NCBI GenBank assembly: GCA_964057225.1
Contig: OZ059895.1
Span: forward strand, 18,848,001 to 18,912,000
Direction: 5' to 3'
DNA length: 64,000 bases
Source: Auanema rhodensis
Taxonomy: Eukaryota > Animalia > Nematoda
The translations under genes were made by a program, and so were the position numbers. Shown here in pieces: positions 57,283-64,000 of this stretch (its first letter is position 1; each line of letters starts with the position of its first letter). The notes under the pieces were generated by a model. It had not been told where the DNA came from, did no database searches, and saw only the letters and a list, made by a program, of their open reading frames with translations.

Positions 57283-59739
57283 ATGACGTCCAATCAAGGA
57301 TTAGCTTCAGGTCCATCCTTGATCGGGGGTGCGGGTGATTCAACCACAGAAATGCAAGTAATCATCGATGAAATGCGTAGGAATTAACTTTAAAGGAAAA
57401 AAATTATATTTTGTTATAGGGCTACAAGACTTTGATTCTATCCGTTTTGCTACTTATAGAGCTGCATGTAAATTACGATTTATTCAAAAAAAAACTAACG
57501 GTATCGCTATTTAATTATTTAAATAATTATTTATATTATCTAGTTCATCTGGTAGATATATGGAATATGATAGAATCCTTTCGAGAAAATGGACTTAATG
57601 CTTTGCCTGTGCATTCATTAGTGAGTTTTTCAATTGCCAAGCATGACCAAAATGCAAATTTTAGGTTAAAACTTCCCGCTTGGAATTGTTATTAACATCA
57701 ATTTTTCATAATTTAAACAAACGATTAATTTCTTCTCAACATATTGATACTGATAAAACCATTTCTATGCTATTAAGTTTCCTTTTAGGCGCCTATGACA
57801 AGTATGTTAATAATTTGAAAAAAGAAAATCTGACTGTTTTACAGACAACAAACTGGCAGATTGACAGTGTTCTCTATAAAAATAGCCTTGGCTACTTTAT
57901 GTGCTGGAAAATTAGTTGACAAACTTCGATGTAATCATCTTATTGTATATTTTATAATTTACATATTTCTTCCGTTTTAAGATATGTTTTCACAAATATC
58001 CGATTCTTCTGGCTTTATGGATTATACACGTTTCACAGATTTTCTTCAACAAGTATTGGCTCTAACAACAGCGGTTTTTGAAGCTCCAACTTTTGGGTTT
58101 TCAGAAACTGCAGTTACCCAATGTTTTCATAAGGTTAGTGTAGGGACTTTTTCCGTAATAAATTATGTTTAAGGATGAAAAAGTTACTTTAAATATGTTT
58201 TTGGATGTGTTTCTGTCTGATCCGTGTCCACCATGTATTATGTGGTTACCTTTATTGCATAGAATGGCAGCTGTAGAACATGTCTACCACCCTGTTGTAT
58301 GTGATGCTTGTCAAGTGAGTATTTACATCGTAATGTATTGTAAGAGTTTATTTTTGGACAACTAACTTTTTTGAAAAAAAACAACCTTCTTTGATGTCAA
58401 TTTTTTTTCAGTTTTTAGTTTTAAACCAATATATAGCAATTTTTTTCCAATGAATGGCTTTTCGAATATTTAAAGAGTTTCATTCTATTTTTATCGTATT
58501 TCAGGCTAGATCATTCACAGGTTTTCGTTACAAATGCCAACGTTGTGCCAACTATCAGTTATGTCAAAACTGTTTTTGGAGGGGGCGTACAAGCCAAAAT
58601 CATTCAAATGAGCATGAAATGAAAGAATATAGCAGCTATGTAAGCCATATGTGCACGATAGGTTTTCTAATTTTATTCATGTCAGAAATCTCCAACTAAG
58701 CAACTTGCTCATTCGATTCATAAATCATTGCAATGCGTGCCATCCACTCAGCAAAAAGCTCATCAACTATTCAATGATCGTATACAAAGACCATTAGAAT
58801 TACAGAATATCGTTCCAGCTACACCAACAACATTAAGGTTATTGTAGAAATCTTAGGCACAATTAATTACTATTTATTTCAGGAGACATCCACCTGATCA
58901 GCAATGCGAATGGCAGCAATCGCCTATACTCTTGCCAGGCCAAATTGCTTATGGAGGAATAATGGATGACGAGCACAAACTTATTGCTAGATATTCTGCG
59001 AAACTTAGTGGACGAGCTGACGTAAATGCAGTTAGACTACTGAATTCTCAAAAAACGTATTTTAGTATCCACTGGGAGCACTTAACGGTAACGACATTAA
59101 TGCCCCCTTAGATGAGCGCCAACTAATTGCACAATTAGAAGAAGAGAATACTGATATGATGAGAGAAATAGCTAGATTAGAAAGCCAAGTATATTGCTTT
59201 TAATTCCAAATATCTAATTACATATTACTTCAGACTCAGGGTGATGATTCTCAATTAAATGGCTTAAGAGATAGAAAATCACATTTGGAAGAAAAAATGT
59301 TCATTATGCAACAAAAAAGAAGAGATCTAATGATGCAGTTAGAGCAATTGATGACACAACTTAATGTAGTTCGTCATTCCAACAATATGCTTATACCCAT
59401 CTTATCTTAGAATCCTAACGTGGGGAGTGGATACCCTTCTGTTTCTACTGGCCATATACCTATGGATGCTCTATCCGGAGTAGGGAACAAAGTGTCCTCA
59501 GCTTTCAGAGCTGGTAGTTTACCTGCTGCGAGCAATCTTCAAGTAACAAATTTCCTCTTAATAAAACAAGTCATAAATTGTATTTTAAGGGAGATCTCTT
59601 ACTCGCAGCTGATCAAATCACCACAAACATGAGTGACTTTGTCAAAGAACTAGATCAAGGTTAGAATTGATTTGTAAAGAGAATTTAGAAAATCATAACT
59701 GAAAAAAACATTTCCCAATTGTCGTTATTTTCAGACTAG
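57283..59739 (+). CDS. dyb-1: Dystrobrevin
   Basis: [42 protein letters not shown] finger [36 protein letters not shown], coiled coils; an upstream exon is possible. Confidence 0.95.
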
Positions 59740-60509
59740 TTCGGAAATTTACGTATGACAAAAAGAACTTTTTGTACAAGCTCAAGTTTTATGTACCATT
59801 TATTTAAATTTACGGGTTACTGTTTTCTTAATTAATTCATAATTATTGTAAGAGATTTATAATAATAACTATGTAACAATGTATTGTACTTTTCAAGTTG
59901 ACAAATCATAAACATTTCACTTAATAAGTAAATTTTTTTATAAAAAAATTTTTTATGAACGTAAATAAAACTCTGTTAATGAATTCAATATGGTAATGAA
60001 ACATTATAACAAAACTATAGAGAAGAAAAAAAAGAATGTAAACCGAGACAAACACGCCAATGGGAAAATTGTAATAAAATCAAAGCAATAATTTGAATTT
60101 CGCAATTGATATGTTAACGAGCTTTACCGCCTAACTTATACCGTAAGTTTCTTTTAACGGTAGTAAATCAATAATAAAATAATCGATAAAAATTAAAAAT
60201 TCTCAAACTCATTTCGAATTATTTTGTCATTACTAGCAGGCTTTAAATTTTTCTCTCTAAATATTGTTAAAACATTGTATTCAGTTATTGTATACTAGTT
60301 ATTGTATATTGAGTGTCGTGACGTCATTTTTGGAAAAAAATTGCTTAAGTTTCTAATTCTCACAAAAAATTAATATATTGCTCAATACAGTTTCGCAATA
60401 GGACTATACTTAGATTGGCGCCATTTCCTTTTTTATCACGAATTACGAATATTGCTCAAACTTGAAACTTACTTTCATTTTTTTTTGAATTATTTTTTTT
60501 AGATTCTTT

Positions 60510-62253
60510 ATGGATATTAACGATTGGCAATTTGAGTAAGTATTATTGCTTTAATGCATACTTCTCTTGAATATTCTGAATTTTTAACTCAATTTCCAGG
60601 CGTTTGTCTAGAAGCTCAGTAAAACGATTACGTGAAGATGGCATGGACCTTAAGCTCATATCTATTGGCAATAAGTCCAAGCAAATTGAATCCGAAAAGC
60701 TTTTGCATATTGAAAAAAAACCTGCAATTAGTACCTATAGTGAAACTAACTCTAAAAGAGTATCTTTTGCTCTTCAGAGCACGGGTAGACGAGGGTAAGT
60801 TCTAGTAATTTCAATTTCTTATCAAACTTGTCACTTATTCCAGCAGGCCAAAAAACAATGATGTGCTATATAACAGGTTTAGCTAGTATCTTTACTTTCA
60901 TTATTTAGTTTTATTACTTCAGAATGATTAAAAATAAAAATATGCCAAGATACATGAAGAATGATGTTTTGGACTATAGTCCCAGAAGAACATCATTTAA
61001 ATCTCCGACAACATCATTTAAATCCCCAACAACATCATCTTTACAATCCATAGTCCGGACAAAAATACCGAACAGAGGGCTAACCAGAGCTCCCACCCAG
61101 GATCCAACCAAAGTTTCGATCAAAACTGGAGTGAAGATTTCGAATAAAGCTTCTATGACGACTGCGAAGAAAGCTCCTCTTCAAAATAATTCTGATGCTC
61201 AAGTTCCTACGAAAGCTTCCCGCATTTCAACTAAAGTTCCGAACCGTCTAGCTACCAAATTGTCTGATAAAATTCCAAATAAGGAAACTATGAAACAACC
61301 AGTAGACTTAGTTATTCAAAAACACATTTAACTGTTTATTTAAGGTGGAAGAAAATGATTATGATCGTGAAAGAGCTTTTCTATTGGAATTTTGTCGCAT
61401 TAACAATCCAGATGTTATTAAAAAACTGGCTGCATTTGCTCGTTCTATCGCGAATGCGGTAAATTTATATCCATATGTTAAATCAATTTATTCTACTCTT
61501 TTCAGAACTTATCTTTTGACAGGAAATATTTTCACGTACAAAGTACTGCTGATGATGATTGTGAATTCGATGATGATGCGCATGCTCAAGTTCCTGGTCA
61601 ATTCGGCCAAGATGTCATCATCGAAGAACCAGAATCAGATAGTGATAGCGGTATTTTTAAAATTTTATAGATGAATTTTTTAAATTTTTTCTTAGATCCC
61701 GAGATTATATATAGTAGTAATCCACTAAACCCAGTTTTTAACACAGTTATTCCAACTGAAATTGTCCGTAGGTTTATATATATAGTTTATTTAGTATAAC
61801 ATGTTTTTATACATAGAAAACCTCCTCGAGTTGTGCAAATTGGTCAAACTTGCAAAACAACAGTGAGTTATCTTAAAGATACTGTACCAAATACGGCTGA
61901 TGTGCCGAACGTTCCTGTAGTTCGATTAGATAGAGTAATACTCCATTTATTAGTTTATTGCAAATAGTTTTTCTTAAGATTGTAAGTAGAGTAGTGGATG
62001 TCGGCGATGGTCGGCGTATAGAACAGATGGTTTGTAGGTCTGTTGCATATGATTAATTTGGTGTCTTAAGGTACCAAAAACGGCAGCAGAGCATATTGAT
62101 CCTACCACTTTAACCCCAGAGCAAATTGGGATACTCCTACAACAAGGCTATTACAATATTAATTTAAATTTAAATACATACAATTTTTTAGGATTTGTTT
62201 TGGAATCGATGAATCCAGTTCGGCTTAATGCTATTTTACGCGGCGAGATGTAG
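60510..62253 (+). CDS. Uncharacterised multi-exon protein, basic S/T/P-rich N-half, acidic middle
   Basis: About 10 exons splice in frame with regular ~45-nt introns; contains KRVSF and TSFKSPT repeats; no family recognised. Confidence 0.7.
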
Positions 62254-62493
62254 ATGTAGATGATGTGTTTATTTTGTAAATAATATATGAGATTTGTTCA
62301 TTTTATTTTGATTTGTAGCTGTACCAAGAAGTGCTGAAGATATGCCAAAATACAGAATTTCAATATTTTATAATGAATTTATTGCGTGTTAGTGTACAAA
62401 TCTTAATTATTTACACCAGTATTATTATAACAAAATAATAACGATGGTTTACATCGTATACACGTATGAAAAACAATGAGATCAATGGTGAAA

Positions 62494-64000
62494 TTAATTC
62501 TTCCTAGATCGTTTCAAGTCAATTGAAGAGCTAGAGTTAGGATTCTTCCGTTTACGTGCCTGAAATGAACCATACAAAATTTGTCTCCCATCAAAGTGAA
62601 CTCACAATAACGGGATTTGCAGCGGTAGATACATCAATGTATGAGCAAATACGTCTAAAAGAAGTAGGAGCACCCTCCTCTCCATTAACAACACTTTCTT
62701 CGAGACCACCCTCCGGAACGTTGGATATCCTCATTCGCGGTTCAATTTCCAATGTCTTAATATTTCAATGTAACCTTTAATATACAAACGGTAACTCACA
62801 GTTCCACTATCTTGCATTATTGTTCGAATTGTCTCAAGTTCAAATTCGGCTGTTTGAAGTGTAGCTTTTAATTCTTGAAGTAGCATAACTTGAGAGCGGA
62901 AATCGTTGTATATTTGAACAATAGCTTCGGAACCCATGGGATTCATTTCTAAATAATAAAAGTATATTAGTTCTTAAACATAACCAAAAAAAGACTTACC
63001 CATTTTACATTTTTCCAGAACAACCTCAATATTCTTAATTTTTCTTTGACCAATATTAGTTGGTAGCTTCATTTCTTGACTTCTGAAATGAGCCCCTGCT
63101 GACTTGAACTCGGGATAACGTATAGCAGATACAGAGATGTCAACCTAAGAAACCCACAATAAAATGAAGAAAAGTGATTAAAATATCTTACAGGATTGAA
63201 ATTAAATGTGGAAGTGCCAGAGACAGGCCCAGCTTTTTGTCGGAACTGTGATTTTTTCTTGCCTAAAGCAGGAGACATACCGCCACTGAAAACGAAGCAT
63301 TATAATTTTATCAAGAACCTATGTTTAGAACCTCAACGAAGGGCTGCATGGAGCTTCAGACATATTAATCAACTTTTGAAGATCTTGTGCCTTTCTCTCT
63401 CTTTCTTTCTTTCGGGCTTCAATGTTTTTAAGTTGTTTTACAAGTTCTTCTTCTTCTTCAATCTTAAACAAAGAAACATCATCTAGTATTTAATTATTGA
63501 AAATACCTCTTCCTTAGTTCTGTCCCATTGCTTGTTAAGCTGCTCCTTTCTTCTTCGTTCGTGCTCAGCATCATAACATATAGGCTCAGTTGTAACATCC
63601 TAAAAAATATTTTCAGCGAATATTTGTTCAATAACGGTACCTTAAGCATAGCTAACTCATGAACAATTGAATAAAAACGATCCTTCATATCTTCCATTGA
63701 TCTGGTTGTGCCAAATTTTGTTTTATTATAGCGATCGTGCACTATTACCCAACTGAAATAGAAACAAGTTAACTATTTTCAACAAAATTTATACCGTATA
63801 TCAAATCGCCGACACACTTCAAATAAATAATCAGTTTCTTCTCTTGACCATTTTGGCGATTTCAAATGTTTTTCATACTCTTGATCACTATATTTTGGAA
63901 TACTAATTTCCTGAAGTATAAATAATATTTCTAACACAGCTTCAAACATGACATACCTTATTAAATTTTGCAAACGGGTAAGGTTGTGGATTTTCAAGTC
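62494..64000 (-). CDS. ekl-4: DMAP1/Swc4 (NuA4/SWR1 subunit), 5'-truncated by the window edge
   Basis: YPFAKFNK, SANT domain WSREETDYLFEVCRRFDIRWVIVHDRY, RSMEDMKDRFY, YDAEHERRRKEQL, LRSQEMKLP. Confidence 0.92.

Overview
AT-rich eukaryotic DNA from a rhabditid (clade V) nematode, with very short introns (mostly ~40-55 nt). The ORF track is fragmented by these introns, so gene models were spliced by hand. Positions 1-15 kb are gene-poor: the flp-22 neuropeptide gene plus microsatellite-rich DNA. Positions 15.1-18.9 kb hold two divergent bHLH paralogues built on a 1167-bp near-perfect inverted repeat. Positions 19.8-64 kb form a dense, partly operon-like block of genes: class I HDAC, mag-1, ubc-12, acbp-1, nra-2, lin-53, mL64/CRIF1, ate-1, ile-1, fdps-1, wve-1, an rbm-3-like RRM gene, exo-3, CHMP2B, LAS1 (with a nested antisense gene), IMPAD1, a POT1-family OB protein, gpc-2, dyb-1, an orphan gene and a partial DMAP1/ekl-4. 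From memory, most orthologues lie on C. elegans chromosome I. Highlights: (1) a bHLH palindrome homogenised up to the end of the bHLH domain, with diverged C-termini; (2) two equal-length (64 nt) tandem exons in ate-1, apparently mutually exclusive, one of which rewrites the GWRRSG motif; (3) a highly structured 414-nt intron in the rbm-3-like gene with (UUAGG)4 and a candidate poison exon; (4) an intronic H/ACA snoRNA candidate in lin-53; (5) relaxed splice signals (AAG/GAG acceptors and an obligatory weak GC donor in mag-1); (6) a POT1-like protein with a long disordered tail; (7) an FPPS lacking the aromatic chain-length residue. All family assignments come from motif recognition, not database searches.
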